Shown here: positions 1-10,801 of the stretch, in pieces
How the letters are laid out: the number at the start of each line of letters is the position of its first letter
Numbering within the stretch: the stretch's first letter is position 1
DNA from: Trypanosoma brucei
Taxonomy: Eukaryota
Length of the DNA: 64,000 nt
Assembly: GCA_000002445.1 (NCBI GenBank)
Contig: CP000070.1
Coordinates: 1,856,001 to 1,920,000, forward strand
Direction of reading: 5' to 3'
Position numbers and translations under genes: made by a program
The notes under the pieces: generated by a model
The model's database searches: none
Told to the model about the DNA's origin: nothing
Seen by the model: the letters and a program-made list of their open reading frames with translations, nothing else

Positions 1-45
1 TATATACACACAGAGAGAGAGAGAGAAAGAGAAAGAAACTGCGTG
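1..45. repeat. Dinucleotide (TA/CA/GA)n microsatellite at the window edge
   Basis: Direct reading: tatatacacacagagagagagagagaaagagaaagaaa. This is typical trypanosomatid intergenic low-complexity DNA. Confidence 0.7.
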
Positions 46-510
46 AAAGAAAAACAAGAAGTGTGGAAAAAAAAAACGAGCGATTAAAATATGAAATAAT
101 GCACAAAACAACGAATAGAGCCAAAAAGAAAAAAATCAAAAGGAGGTAAAACGAAAAAATGATGGCATGACGGTCCAAAAAGTTCACCCGGGGGCTCACA
201 CCTACTTCGCCCTCACGCACGCGCACATGCCACTAGCAGCATCATCATAACCAAATCCATAATAATTAAAAATACAGTGACATCCCGGAACACTTCACTT
301 CTATTCGATTGTACCTTCTACCGAATCCGGTTGTTTGGATCCCTTGTTGTTTTTTTTGTGCACAATTTTCTCCTTTTGCGTTTGATACCCTCCCCTTCCT
401 CCTTTTTCTTTTCGCACAGCACCACTTACCTTCCCAAAAAAAAAAAATGGTTTAGTTATTCTCATCCTCCCGTGTCCCATTGTTATCTTACGCAATGAAT
501 GTTCACACAC

Positions 511-1680
511 TTAGCGACTAATGTGAACCACATGGTTCCGCGGGTCGACAGCGTTGATTCCACGGCGCCCACAATTCGCTACCGCACCTAATGCTGAAAA
601 TGATGCCTGCGTTGGGGTTAAAACACCACTCCTATTGTGTGTGGATTGAGTGCCACATGTCGCTCGCGAGCCCTTACGCCGGCGGCGCCGTCCCTTCAAC
701 AAAAGAGATGTATCTCCACATGGCATTATTTTGAGCCTCCTGAAGCGCCAAATGCGGCTGCTATTCAAACCACGCATTGCCTGCCCGCTCAACTCTTCAG
801 CCCCTGCCGCAGCCTTTAAACCCTCACCAGAACTACGAGGGGTGTTAGCCGCGGAAGAGAGGGGTGACAATGTAACGAGCGATAAATCCCCCGGGCGCAG
901 TGTAGACTTTTTCCGGATATGACCACTGGAACCATAAGCAGAGATCAAACTAGTGAAAGACACGTAGCCGGTGCTGGTGCTCGATACACTTACGGAGACG
1001 GTATCACCCTCAAGTACATGGACGAGGCAGCGACTCGGTTGCTTCTTCCGTACAGGCAGCCTTAACCGCTCCAATGGCACAGTGGAAGAGCCGTTACGCT
1101 CACCGCAGTTCGATGTAGCAGGAGTATCCTCTGTCAGGGCAGGGGTTTCAGCGTTCGTGGACATTCCCCCCTCAGCTTCACAATCACCGGCATCCACATC
1201 CTTTTCCTTGTCCCTGGGCCCCAACGCCACCGCAGTTCCGTTGATCTTCGGCTCCTTCGAACGCACCTCTGTGTCATGTCCCCCCTTTCTATCGACAATC
1301 TCAGGCCCATTTACTCGTTCCGGAACTTCCCGCCCCCCGCCACCGGGCGCAACCCCCGACGGCACCGTCGTCACCAGTTCCGTCGGGACCTCCGAGTCCC
1401 GGTTAAAATGAACGGGAGCTTCAGGTGGTGAAACGGCATTTGCTTCTTTCGCCTCCTCTTCGCGGTGCGGCCCCGGATTGCTATTTGCACTGTCAGCGGC
1501 GATTGGCTGCTGCACACAGGGCGGTTCGAGCCCAACGGGGGAAGATTCCTCATGTTCTTGTTCTTTATCTCGTTCAACTAAAAGTTTATTAGGGCCACAG
1601 TCCTGTACATCAACCGACTGCGGATGGGATTGGTGCTGGGGTTGTGCCGATGCCCGAACTCGCGAATCGCCACACCCCAT
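511..1680 (-). CDS. Hypothetical low-complexity protein with N-terminal MGCGDS (putative N-myristoylation plus palmitoylation) motif
   Basis: A 389 aa ORF that is GC-rich and Ser/Pro/Gly/Glu-rich. The N-terminus MGCG matches the dual-acylation consensus (Gly2, Cys3). I recognised no catalytic domain. Confidence 0.4.
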   Translation of the reverse strand: MGCGDSRVRASAQPQHQSHPQSVDVQDCGPNKLLVERDKEQEHEESSPVGLEPPCVQQPIAADSANSNPGPHREEEAKEANAVSPPEAPVHFNRDSEVPTELVTTVPSGVAPGGGGREVPERVNGPEIVDRKGGHDTEVRSKEPKINGTAVALGPRDKEKDVDAGDCEAEGGMSTNAETPALTEDTPATSNCGERNGSSTVPLERLRLPVRKKQPSRCLVHVLEGDTVSVSVSSTSTGYVSFTSLISAYGSSGHIRKKSTLRPGDLSLVTLSPLSSAANTPRSSGEGLKAAAGAEELSGQAMRGLNSSRIWRFRRLKIMPCGDTSLLLKGRRRRRKGSRATCGTQSTHNRSGVLTPTQASFSALGAVANCGRRGINAVDPRNHVVHISR

Positions 1681-2451
1681 TGCTCCTCACTATTGTCTTC
1701 TTTTTTACTTATCTCCCACTTTCAAGTACTAAGCTAACACCCTTTTACAGCGGTTTTGCCTGTATAAATATATGTATATATATTGCCTTACTTGTTTCGG
1801 CGTTAACAGCTGTTGTGAAATGACACCGCTATCCAATAACGCCGTCAATGGAAGCAAGATTCCGGAGTGGATGGCAGGCTTCGACCGTCCAAGGCAACGG
1901 TTTATCCTATGTGTGTATGCCCCTGCACGTCCTTTCCGAGGTATTTATATTTCTTTTATTTATAGATGTTACGAGATTGAATATATAAACCTCACTTCTT
2001 GCGGAGGCCGCGAATACTAAAGTCGGGGATGTTGCCAGTGCAATCCCACGGACTTTAAAATATGAAAATAGAGCGGTAATAGGGGCACCAAAGGAAACAA
2101 AAAGGAGGGAGTAATGAATTATACATAACAGAGAAGCAGCAGAACACGGGGAAAGAAATACTGCAGTATTGGGAGGCAAGTACCACAAACCTTCACTTCA
2201 ACGGCGATGAACAGTCGCTGCAAAAATACACAAAAAGGCGGAAAGAATGTATTTTCCCCAGCCCCCAACTACCCAACCGTACTGCCTCACTGGTCACCAA
2301 ACACCCCACCGGTGGGAGGGACGTATTTTATTTCTATCATATTATCTATGGGTGCATAAGAAAGCAACTCGCACGTGCCATTCCATATAAGCACATGGAC
2401 ATACTCAAAAGCGCAATAAATGTGTACGTAATGCAAAGCCACACTGATGTT

Positions 2452-4737
2452 CTATGGTGCGTACGTGCTCCGCTGTATGGTGCGCGCCAACGTACCCGCA
2501 AGTGCCGCCGACTGCTTTAGCAACGAAACGGCGTCGGGACGCACATCCTCGCACGCGGCCGCGCAGCTGCCCTCGTCTGATTCCTCTCCCTGTGGTGCAG
2601 CGCTGCCCTGAGGTTGGTTGTGCTCCACGCTCCACCCTGTTGCGTCCTTAACCGCGGCAGCGAGCCGAATCTTTGTTGCCTTGCAACGCCGCCGTAACTT
2701 CTCCACATCTCGCTCAAGGCGAAGAACATCTGCGTCACGTTCTCGTTGGAGCTTGGCGAGGGATGCAAGATGTACCTGTTGCTTCTCCTCGTAGTGCTTT
2801 CGTTGTTCCTTCAGTTCTTGTTCCGCCCCCTCCGCACGCAGGCGGACGCTCTCCAGCTCCTCTTCCAATTTGGCGCCAAGGGACAACTTTTGCAATGCAT
2901 CGTTAAGTCGACCAGCCACAAGACCCAGTTCTGCCTCCGTTTCCCGTACGCGCATTTCGAGGGTCATGCACGAGCCACGTAACGACTCCAATTCCCCAGC
3001 CTGTTTCACCTTCTCCTCCACGCACCTTCGTCCAGCAGAGCGCTCAATTAGCAGTTCGCGTTCAAGCCGCTGACACTCCGACGCATGTTGAGCCACCGTC
3101 TCTGCCAGCGCTGCGTCACTCTCGCACTTCGCTCGCACCGCTTCTGCTGCCCGCTGCTCCGCTGCTGCCACGTCGGATACGAGCTGGGCTCTCTGGGCCT
3201 CAGTTTGCTTCTGAAGTGTCTCAAGAGTCCGCTGCAGGGTCTCACGTCCGTGAGCGTTGTCGTCAAGAGCCCTCTGTAGTTGCATCTGAGCCTGAGACAA
3301 CTCCGCTGCATGGTTTAACTTCAGCAGTGCAACACAATCCTGGGATTCCTTACGCTCCGCTGCCACTGCTGCAGCCGTGGTGGCAGCGGCCGCCTGCAAC
3401 TTTCGCTGTGTTTCATCTAATTCGTCACGGCAGTCGCGCAGCTGGGCATCTGTAGCTTCCAGCCTACCGGCAGTATCTTCAGCGAGGGAACGCCAGTGAT
3501 TCAACTGCAGCCTGAGTCGATCGGCCTCCGCAGACAACATCAAGGAGTGCTGCGCCTCCCGCGCGGCAGAGAGATCCCAGAGTGTCTGCGCAAAGTTTAG
3601 ACGGGCCTCCAACTCTGTGTATGCCATCGTGGTACGGTTCAACTCCTCCATTAAGCGGAGCTGCTCACGCAGGCATAGCTGGGAGCTGCACGCGGTCGAC
3701 TGCTCACTCCCCCACTTGCTATGGATGCCAGAGCCCAGGTAATTATTGACGTTGCTGTTGAACCCGTTAGTATTGGAAGTTAGCTCATCGGCCGCTGCAG
3801 ACCCACTACTTGCAATGCCATTTACACTCTCCATGGATTGCGTCTGGCGCCGCTGTGGTTGTTGGGCTCCCTCCTGATGAGGTGCGCCGCGCTCCGCCAT
3901 ATTTTGAGGCAACGAACTCGACGTAAATGACGGCGTTGGAATCGTTGAGCCTGTCATTGGCGTTGTACCAGACGTGAAAGCTCTCAGTTCAGAACTCCCG
4001 CTGCTGGGGACCTGCCCGACAAACTGTTGGTGATGATGGCGACCGTGGATTTGAGACTGCATTTGCTGGTGGGGCGGTCCTCTGCTATTTCCTCTGTGGC
4101 CTGCGACTTGTCGCAACTGCTGGTTATCCAAACTAAGTCTCTGCAGCTGAAGGCGGAGAAGTTCCCTCTCTCCTTCCCACCTCGAGTACTCACGACGAGC
4201 CTTTTCATGCTCACCTTCAGCCCTTACACAGACCTGGTGCAGACGCCGCGTCTCCTCCGCCTCCAGCAAAAGGGCATTACGACTATTTCGCACTTCTTCC
4301 AGCTCACGACGGAGCGCAGCCGTTTCGTTCTTGTGCTTGGTGGCGAGGTCAGTGCATATTGTACGGAGCTGCAGCACTTCTGCAGGAGAGGCCCAGTCCT
4401 TGTAATAATGCGGTTCATGAATTGGCATGCCCTCGTCCACGTACAGCGCTCGCTTCACTCTTTGACAGCGGTTGTTGTCGTCTGTGCTGACAGTGCTAGT
4501 CATGTTGTGTGCAACTGATGGAGCCCGGCTGGTTGATTCCCGCTGTGTCTGCCACCCATAATCAAACGAGGCGCCTGTTCCCGCTGTGGTTCCGGTCGAT
4601 GACGGCGTGTGTGTAAGTTCGGAAGTTGTCACCGATTCGGGGCGGCGGCTGGGCGGCCCGGCCTCAAACTCCATCCGCCTGCGCGTGAAGCTAAACGCAC
4701 TGACTCTCAGAAAGGAGGGGGTGGGAAAATGAGCCAA
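2452..4737 (-). CDS. Hypothetical coiled-coil protein
   Basis: A 761 aa ORF. Its central region is dominated by heptad-like Leu/Glu/Arg/Gln/Ala repeats (LQ..L, ELE, RLR motifs) typical of long coiled coils. No enzymatic motif seen. Confidence 0.5.
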   Translation of the reverse strand: MAHFPTPSFLRVSAFSFTRRRMEFEAGPPSRRPESVTTSELTHTPSSTGTTAGTGASFDYGWQTQRESTSRAPSVAHNMTSTVSTDDNNRCQRVKRALYVDEGMPIHEPHYYKDWASPAEVLQLRTICTDLATKHKNETAALRRELEEVRNSRNALLLEAEETRRLHQVCVRAEGEHEKARREYSRWEGERELLRLQLQRLSLDNQQLRQVAGHRGNSRGPPHQQMQSQIHGRHHHQQFVGQVPSSGSSELRAFTSGTTPMTGSTIPTPSFTSSSLPQNMAERGAPHQEGAQQPQRRQTQSMESVNGIASSGSAAADELTSNTNGFNSNVNNYLGSGIHSKWGSEQSTACSSQLCLREQLRLMEELNRTTMAYTELEARLNFAQTLWDLSAAREAQHSLMLSAEADRLRLQLNHWRSLAEDTAGRLEATDAQLRDCRDELDETQRKLQAAAATTAAAVAAERKESQDCVALLKLNHAAELSQAQMQLQRALDDNAHGRETLQRTLETLQKQTEAQRAQLVSDVAAAEQRAAEAVRAKCESDAALAETVAQHASECQRLERELLIERSAGRRCVEEKVKQAGELESLRGSCMTLEMRVRETEAELGLVAGRLNDALQKLSLGAKLEEELESVRLRAEGAEQELKEQRKHYEEKQQVHLASLAKLQRERDADVLRLERDVEKLRRRCKATKIRLAAAVKDATGWSVEHNQPQGSAAPQGEESDEGSCAAACEDVRPDAVSLLKQSAALAGTLARTIQRSTYAP

Positions 4738-5040
4738 TAATAGTGGAGAAAGTGTGTTATCACAGAAAAATAATCCGTGGCGCTGACGGTGTTCGTATCA
4801 AGGGCGAGGTACAAGAAGAAAAGTAGCCAAATTGAAAAGGCACCCACAGCAAAATGCCGCACACGAAAAATGGGGGGAAAATGTACAAAAGTGAAGGATG
4901 GTGAAGGCTGGAGAAAGCAGTGCCGACAAGACACCGCAAATAGGCATGCGAGTCAAAGAACCGACAACGTCCGAGAGAACGGATTCTGGAGCGCTCTACC
5001 CACGTTCGGTAGCACGGAAAGACCTAGTGCAGCACCACTT

Positions 5041-8022
5041 TCAAAAGTCATTCAAGGATGCGGGAATCTTCACCCCATTCGTGCAGCCCTCCTTGTAAAT
5101 GTACTGCACCGTCAACTTCTTCGCCCGCCCATGTGCCCCTGCATTGCTCAGATCCACGACGTTCTCTCCCTTCGCCTTAGAAAACGCAAGCGGCATCCCC
5201 TTAGGTTTCGCTGCAATAGGGCGCCCAAAAAAATCCTTCAAAACAGTCTGGGCAGGCTTCGATGACGATAAGGCGGCAGAAACTGCAGCTTTGGGCCCCT
5301 CTGCTTGGGGAGAACACCCACACATTTCTGCGGCATCTTCCTCACGCTTAACCGTCACCCCAGTCCTCGTCCCGTGCATTCCATCCGCTGGCTTGGGCAC
5401 GCCGCTGAACTTCTCTTCTTCCTTCTTCACCTTAATCTCTCTCCCATCGATTTCATCGTCCCGCTCACGCTTCCGCGACGGCAGCGTTGAATCCCTTTTC
5501 ACAACGATTTCATCGGTACCTCCAGTGTTATCTTTGCGAGCTCCCCCGTGACTTCTTACTGCGCGCAACGAACTGGTTTGAATAATATGACGATGTATCT
5601 CGCCCACCAACAGCTGCTTCACCTCCTCCTTCATATGGAGGACCATAACTGAAGACGACGAGGTGTCCCTCACTGCCGGCCGCTGCCCTGGCATCCGCTC
5701 CTGCTGTGCTTCACTCAGCGAGGCGCAGCAGATGCGATGAATTGGGGGATCCAACTCCCAATGCTCCTCCTCTTCAGCGACATGATCCGGTTCGTCACTC
5801 CCCCTCCTGTGGTTACCAGGTCGCCCTCTTGTGGTTCGTACATATGTGAACCCATATAACGCGTGGCGCGCCACGGCAGCTCGTAGAAGCTGCTGATCTT
5901 TTGGAGTTAGGCCTACACCTGAAGCGACAGTGTGGGACGGAATATGGAGCGAAACATCACACAAGCACCGTAGCAATGACGGTACAACCTCCGTGATAGC
6001 TGTGGTAGAGTACAGGTGTGACGCCACCTCTAAAGAACGACAGTTGTCTCTGACCATACGAGTAATATGAAAAGATTCATCACGACGGCGAGCTGCCGTC
6101 GCGGCCGCGCGAGGAAAGCCGCTTGCGGTAATGGAAGAACCGCGTCCCATGGCGCTGCAGCAACTAAAGCACGACGTGGCAGTTGCGGACTTCCCGTACT
6201 GTTCGGCGAACGGCAGCAAGGGGGTGTGACGATATCCCGTGGTTGTGAGGCAATCCTGAAACGAGAAGGCATCCGACACAGCACACGTGTTCTGAAAGGA
6301 ATAGTCCGTGTACGAACGCCGCAAGTAAAACTCATGAAGACCATCAAGAAGCCCGTTTGTATCATCACACCACTGAAGCACACGTGAAACATATGTGTAG
6401 CCGGGGTCGACCCTAAAACCCGTGGCCACGTACCCCTCCTCCGCCACATCCATGTCAACCTGCAGTTGTTGGGTCTGCTGATAGCTGCTCAGTGGTAAGG
6501 GATTTGCACACCCAGCCATAACAACAGCGTCGTAGTTCATAGCGAATTCCTTGCGTAGGAGTTGCACGTATTTGCTGCGGTCCTGACGCTCAAGTACAAC
6601 CCGCCACATGTCCCACAGATTTAACTTCATGTCTTTTCCCTGCATCTCCCGCAGTAAGTCCTGTTGCCGCTTATGCTGTTGCTGCGGAGTTTCCCCTGTA
6701 TCTGACACAACACACCGATAGGCGAACTGCAATGTGTTCAGGCAACAACGTACGTCCCCATTACTTGCACGAACCAATTCTGCTAGGACCGCATCAGCCA
6801 CTTTAATGTTCTCATGCTCCGCAATTTCACCCAGTCGCTGCAACAGCCGTTGGGGACGGATGGGAGGAACATGAAATACTAAGCGACATTGCTGACGTAG
6901 CAGTCGCAATGATGGGACGTAGTAATCGTTACATAGGCACAGGACGGGACAATGAATATCCTGCTTCAAAAGAAATGAGGCGAAGTTGGCTGCAATGCCA
7001 TCCATCTCGTCGATAATCAAACACTTCGGCAGCATTAACATATCCACAAGTGAGGTGGCAGATCCCCCGTTTCCCCCGTTGCTAGTGGGAACAGCTGGAC
7101 GTTGTACACGGCGTCTTGAACGCCCCGGTGATACAGCAAGTTGAATGGCACTCTCAATGCCGGACGCTGTGCGATCGACACTCGCGTTGATTTCTATTGG
7201 CTCATACCCACAATGCAAAGCGAGCACATGCGCCAGCGTCGTCTTGCCGACGCCCGGTGGGCCAACAAGAACCGCTATGCGGTCATCGGGCCGTGTTGAG
7301 GGGGAAGAAGACAGACCATCCGCACCTGGCGAAGCTCCGTTCCGAAACGTGTACTCGTCCCAACTTTTCATCCACTGCAAAAGCTTCAAATTAGTGGTGT
7401 CGTCACTGAGAAGGTCGCGGAACCGCTTGGGGGTATACTTAATGACCCACAGCGAGTCCTCTTCACTCAACGGTCCTCTGCGCTGCTCACCTTCCTGTTG
7501 TCGTGGTTGGACCGCACCGCAATCTTTGACAGCGGCGGCCTCCACATCCTCATTGAATATTTGCCGATGCAAGGTAGCAACATTCACAAAGCCAAGCCCA
7601 CTACCGGCAACACGTTTTTGCAACCCCAGCGCGTTAGCCCGCATTCCCTCTGCCTCGATGGCCTCTTCCTCTTGCTCTCGCCGCCGCTGTTCCTTGCTAG
7701 CTTCATCATCGGGGTTGGAAAATCCTGAAATTTCCTGCAACCCCGACGCAGTGAGCCAGCGCAACTCACCATTGTCACCACGCATCATAAAGTTCACACG
7801 CGTGCACGAAGGAAGAAGACAGACACCTTTGGACATCAGAATAGCAGACTCAGGTTTTGGCGGGTCAGGAAGCTCTGGCGCCGCATCGTGGGCATACGGA
7901 ACGCCATGAAGTAGACTCTCGTCTATGCTCTCAAATTCATCCTCTATGTCGTAATCGTTGTTGTGACTATTTGTGTCCCTTTTAGGGACATCGTTATGTT
8001 CCGCGCAATCTATGTCCATCAT
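5041..8022 (-). CDS. CTF18: CTF18-like RFC-family AAA+ clamp-loader subunit (chromosome transmission fidelity factor 18 homologue)
   Basis: A 993 aa ORF with four matching motifs. LWVIKYTPKRFRDL is an RFC box II-like motif. VLVGPPGVGKTTLAHVLALHCGYEPIEINASVDR is a Walker A. CLIIDEMDG is a Walker B. VLCLCNDYYVPSLRLLRQQCRLVFHVPPIRPQRLLQRLGEI followed by NGDVRCCLNTLQF follows the human CTF18 block IICICNDQFAPSLRQLKQQAFLLHFPPT...NDIRACINTLQF. I quote the human sequence from memory. Confidence 0.8.
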   Translation of the reverse strand: MMDIDCAEHNDVPKRDTNSHNNDYDIEDEFESIDESLLHGVPYAHDAAPELPDPPKPESAILMSKGVCLLPSCTRVNFMMRGDNGELRWLTASGLQEISGFSNPDDEASKEQRRREQEEEAIEAEGMRANALGLQKRVAGSGLGFVNVATLHRQIFNEDVEAAAVKDCGAVQPRQQEGEQRRGPLSEEDSLWVIKYTPKRFRDLLSDDTTNLKLLQWMKSWDEYTFRNGASPGADGLSSSPSTRPDDRIAVLVGPPGVGKTTLAHVLALHCGYEPIEINASVDRTASGIESAIQLAVSPGRSRRRVQRPAVPTSNGGNGGSATSLVDMLMLPKCLIIDEMDGIAANFASFLLKQDIHCPVLCLCNDYYVPSLRLLRQQCRLVFHVPPIRPQRLLQRLGEIAEHENIKVADAVLAELVRASNGDVRCCLNTLQFAYRCVVSDTGETPQQQHKRQQDLLREMQGKDMKLNLWDMWRVVLERQDRSKYVQLLRKEFAMNYDAVVMAGCANPLPLSSYQQTQQLQVDMDVAEEGYVATGFRVDPGYTYVSRVLQWCDDTNGLLDGLHEFYLRRSYTDYSFQNTCAVSDAFSFQDCLTTTGYRHTPLLPFAEQYGKSATATSCFSCCSAMGRGSSITASGFPRAAATAARRRDESFHITRMVRDNCRSLEVASHLYSTTAITEVVPSLLRCLCDVSLHIPSHTVASGVGLTPKDQQLLRAAVARHALYGFTYVRTTRGRPGNHRRGSDEPDHVAEEEEHWELDPPIHRICCASLSEAQQERMPGQRPAVRDTSSSSVMVLHMKEEVKQLLVGEIHRHIIQTSSLRAVRSHGGARKDNTGGTDEIVVKRDSTLPSRKRERDDEIDGREIKVKKEEEKFSGVPKPADGMHGTRTGVTVKREEDAAEMCGCSPQAEGPKAAVSAALSSSKPAQTVLKDFFGRPIAAKPKGMPLAFSKAKGENVVDLSNAGAHGRAKKLTVQYIYKEGCTNGVKIPASLNDF

Positions 8023-8608
8023 GGGAGGGCCAACCTTCCCTCCTCACGACCAAGTATACCTAGATTTCTATGTGAAATACTGAGGCTATGCTGACGTCTT
8101 CCTCAGTCTCAAGGCTTCTTTTCTTAGCCGTTTTTGCTTTGGGAGTGGGAGTGGAAGTGGGGAAAATGATGACAATAAACGAGGCACCAATCTAATGACC
8201 CACTAGCACAAGTATCGCAACCCCCTCCCCCAAGTAAGGGTTAGCGACTCAGCTGCAAGGAACCTCTTTGAAAGGAAGGACGAACCAAACGATGGAAACT
8301 TCCAGAACGCAAAAATTACAGGGATGCAAGTTTTTAAGCCAGTAATGTAATATTGCTTCACGGTAACAAAATCAAGGCTAGCAGTGAAAGAGGGAAAAGC
8401 GGCAGCAACAAGCTGCATTGGCCAGAGTTGCAACAGCACAGGGCAACAAAATAGTCTTTTGCACAGACCTCATCTGGTCAACTTTATCGTTGAGCCGTTA
8501 CGCAAGCGTATGCGCGCGAATTTCATTGTGTGCTCCTTTTGTCCTCCCTTGTTGACTACTTCCACTCCAAAACAGCGTGATGACCGACGAGTTTTGCCCC
8601 CACGTTAC

Positions 8609-10801
8609 TCACAACCCCGGACATGCCACATTAAGCTTTTCGCTCAAATCTTTCAGAGCAGAGTGAACATCAACACGCAGTCCACTGAGCTTTGACCGTA
8701 GCTCCTTCAGCTGCATCTGCTGTTGTTGTATGGCACTGCTAATGCGCCCATCAAGCTGGTCGCAGCGGCTCTCCACAATGGTGTCAATCATCGACTGGTG
8801 GGCCGACATGAGCCGCCGCACGTGTTCTGCAAGCGGTTGCACAGCCTCTAAGTTGACGCGCTGAAGGCATCTCTCCTCGTAAGCGTCGGTAACACGTTGA
8901 ATGCGTCGCATAAGAACATCCAACAGATGCTTCTGTGAAGCGGTCCCTGTATCACCGGCGGCCTCTGCGGAGCTTGTCTGTGCAGGCGGAGGGTGCAACG
9001 GAAAGGAAGAACTGCTTTGATGTTGTTGTGGTTGGTTATCCTGAGGTTGTGGGGCGCTTGCTGCTGCCTCCGTCCCGGCTGGCGTCTCAAACTCTTCCAC
9101 AAAAACACTAGTGCGAAACTCATGCGACTTGAGGTGGGTAGACTCGGCAGCTGCAAGCGTGAGGCGCAGCTTCTCCTCTACCGCCGTACAGCGCTGGTGA
9201 TATTCACGCTTCATTGCCCTCATCTCCCGCTGCTGCGACTTCTGCCGCTCAACGAGCTCCGACACGCACACAGGAAAGCCGAATTCGTTTAAAACAGCTC
9301 GAACGACAGAGTGGACATGTTGCTTCAGCGCGACTTCATGCCTGTCGGGCGTGCAACCACCCAGAGTGGCAGTGCCGACTGAGGCTACGGTGTTGTCACC
9401 GCACTTTTCATCGACGGGAGAAGCGTTGGCTAGCGGACTGCAAAGGGTAGACCGGTGACGTTTCCCCGAAGCTTCGCCGCATTTAGCACCACCGACCCAC
9501 GTGGTGCGTGGCTGCTGCCGCACTACTCTATGTACCGTGTCAACGATATATTGCTGGAGCTCGGCTACAACCTCATTATACACTACGGGTGAACTTGCTT
9601 CACCTGAGCTGCCACCGTCACGCGCCCACGTGGGTTGTTGCCGCGCGAGATCATCCAACATTGATTGCTGTCGTTTCTGCTGTCGCTGAAGGTCATCCAC
9701 CCGTGCGTGAAGAGCATGCAAGTCCTCCCGAACAGCCCCGCATAAGTCTGCGAAACCGGAACGAAGTACCTCGATATGCTTCAAGATGCTACCGCTGTTA
9801 TCATTGTCGCTGGCGCTGCTGCTGACACTGGGGTTGTCCCCCACGCCGGCCTTCCCATCACCAGCGGGCTTCACTGAACACGGTGTCGAATCGACGACGT
9901 TGGTGAACTTTGCCGGCGTCGCGACGGCAGCACTGCAGAAATTACTTTGAGAGAACAAAGTGAGTCGCGAGCGGTCCCTTCCTGATGATGGCGGGTTTTC
10001 ATAACTACTGCTACTGCTGTTGTCATCGCCTTTGCGCGCCAACCGCACATCAGTGCTCGGAGCAACCGCCAATGCAACGCTGGTACTCTGCAATGGGGCC
10101 GACTCGCACTTCAGAAAAGCTACGCGAGGGCATCCGTCGTCTGGAAAATTTTCGCCACACTTAGAGTTCCCAGTGCGGTTACCATCATCGGAAACAAAAG
10201 CAGAGGCGCCACACTTCTCTCTACGAACTGCCTCGCGGAGCTGTTCCAACATGCCCTTCAGGTCCTCACTCAACACCGTTGATTGAGAGCGCATGGTTTC
10301 CACATCAAGTTCCCGCCGCACTTTCGGCTGCCGCTCCTTCGCGGCATACCCTTGGTGCGCTGCAGCCCCCTGCCTCCGTAGCAACTGATCACGACGGGGA
10401 AGTGGCTCCGCAACGCGTTCGGTTTGATTCCGTCGCGGACCAGAACTGGGCTCACTCTTGGAAGGGCTACAATGAGGGGTGCTCGCTTTGCGAAGCAGCG
10501 AACAGACCGTACCACGATCCACTCCGATGGCTGGTGAGACGTTCCGCGACACTGATTGTGTTTGAAAATGGCGATCCAAAAATCCTCGGGACTGGCGGTT
10601 CTCTCTACTCCTTCCCCCTACCCAAGCTTTGCCGTCGCTATTCCTGCTTGAGTGTCTGCTCGTTACCGCGGACCAGCGAATTTCCGCCGCTGCAGGTGAC
10701 GGACGGCGGTTGGTCGCGCCACCCGTGGCGTTCCCCTCGTCACCATGATGGTGTGGTACGTCCAATCTACGGCAAATATCACAGTAGGAGCTCATCACCA
10801 A
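8609..10801 (-). CDS. Hypothetical protein with coiled-coil segments
   Basis: A 730 aa ORF with coding-like composition and coiled-coil-like stretches (QQQMQLKELRSKLSGLRVDVHSALKDL; DDLQRQQKRQQSMLDDLARQQ). No recognisable catalytic domain. Confidence 0.45.
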   Translation of the reverse strand: MVMSSYCDICRRLDVPHHHGDEGNATGGATNRRPSPAAAEIRWSAVTSRHSSRNSDGKAWVGGRSRENRQSRGFLDRHFQTQSVSRNVSPAIGVDRGTVCSLLRKASTPHCSPSKSEPSSGPRRNQTERVAEPLPRRDQLLRRQGAAAHQGYAAKERQPKVRRELDVETMRSQSTVLSEDLKGMLEQLREAVRREKCGASAFVSDDGNRTGNSKCGENFPDDGCPRVAFLKCESAPLQSTSVALAVAPSTDVRLARKGDDNSSSSSYENPPSSGRDRSRLTLFSQSNFCSAAVATPAKFTNVVDSTPCSVKPAGDGKAGVGDNPSVSSSASDNDNSGSILKHIEVLRSGFADLCGAVREDLHALHARVDDLQRQQKRQQSMLDDLARQQPTWARDGGSSGEASSPVVYNEVVAELQQYIVDTVHRVVRQQPRTTWVGGAKCGEASGKRHRSTLCSPLANASPVDEKCGDNTVASVGTATLGGCTPDRHEVALKQHVHSVVRAVLNEFGFPVCVSELVERQKSQQREMRAMKREYHQRCTAVEEKLRLTLAAAESTHLKSHEFRTSVFVEEFETPAGTEAAASAPQPQDNQPQQHQSSSSFPLHPPPAQTSSAEAAGDTGTASQKHLLDVLMRRIQRVTDAYEERCLQRVNLEAVQPLAEHVRRLMSAHQSMIDTIVESRCDQLDGRISSAIQQQQMQLKELRSKLSGLRVDVHSALKDLSEKLNVACPGL

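Noticed and set aside
4777-5265. A 162 aa plus-strand ORF in the spacer between the coiled-coil gene and CTF18
   Set aside because: It is Lys/Arg-rich and low-complexity, overlaps the 3' end of the CTF18 ORF on the opposite strand, and has no motif. It is most likely intergenic or UTR.
5099-5551. Plus-strand ORFs of 60-250 aa overlapping the long minus-strand genes (for example 5099-5551, 7145-7909, 971-1411, 12288-12713, 14770-15255, 21315-21713)
   Set aside because: These are antisense frames of GC-rich coding sequence with low-complexity translations. The long minus-strand ORFs carry the recognisable domains.
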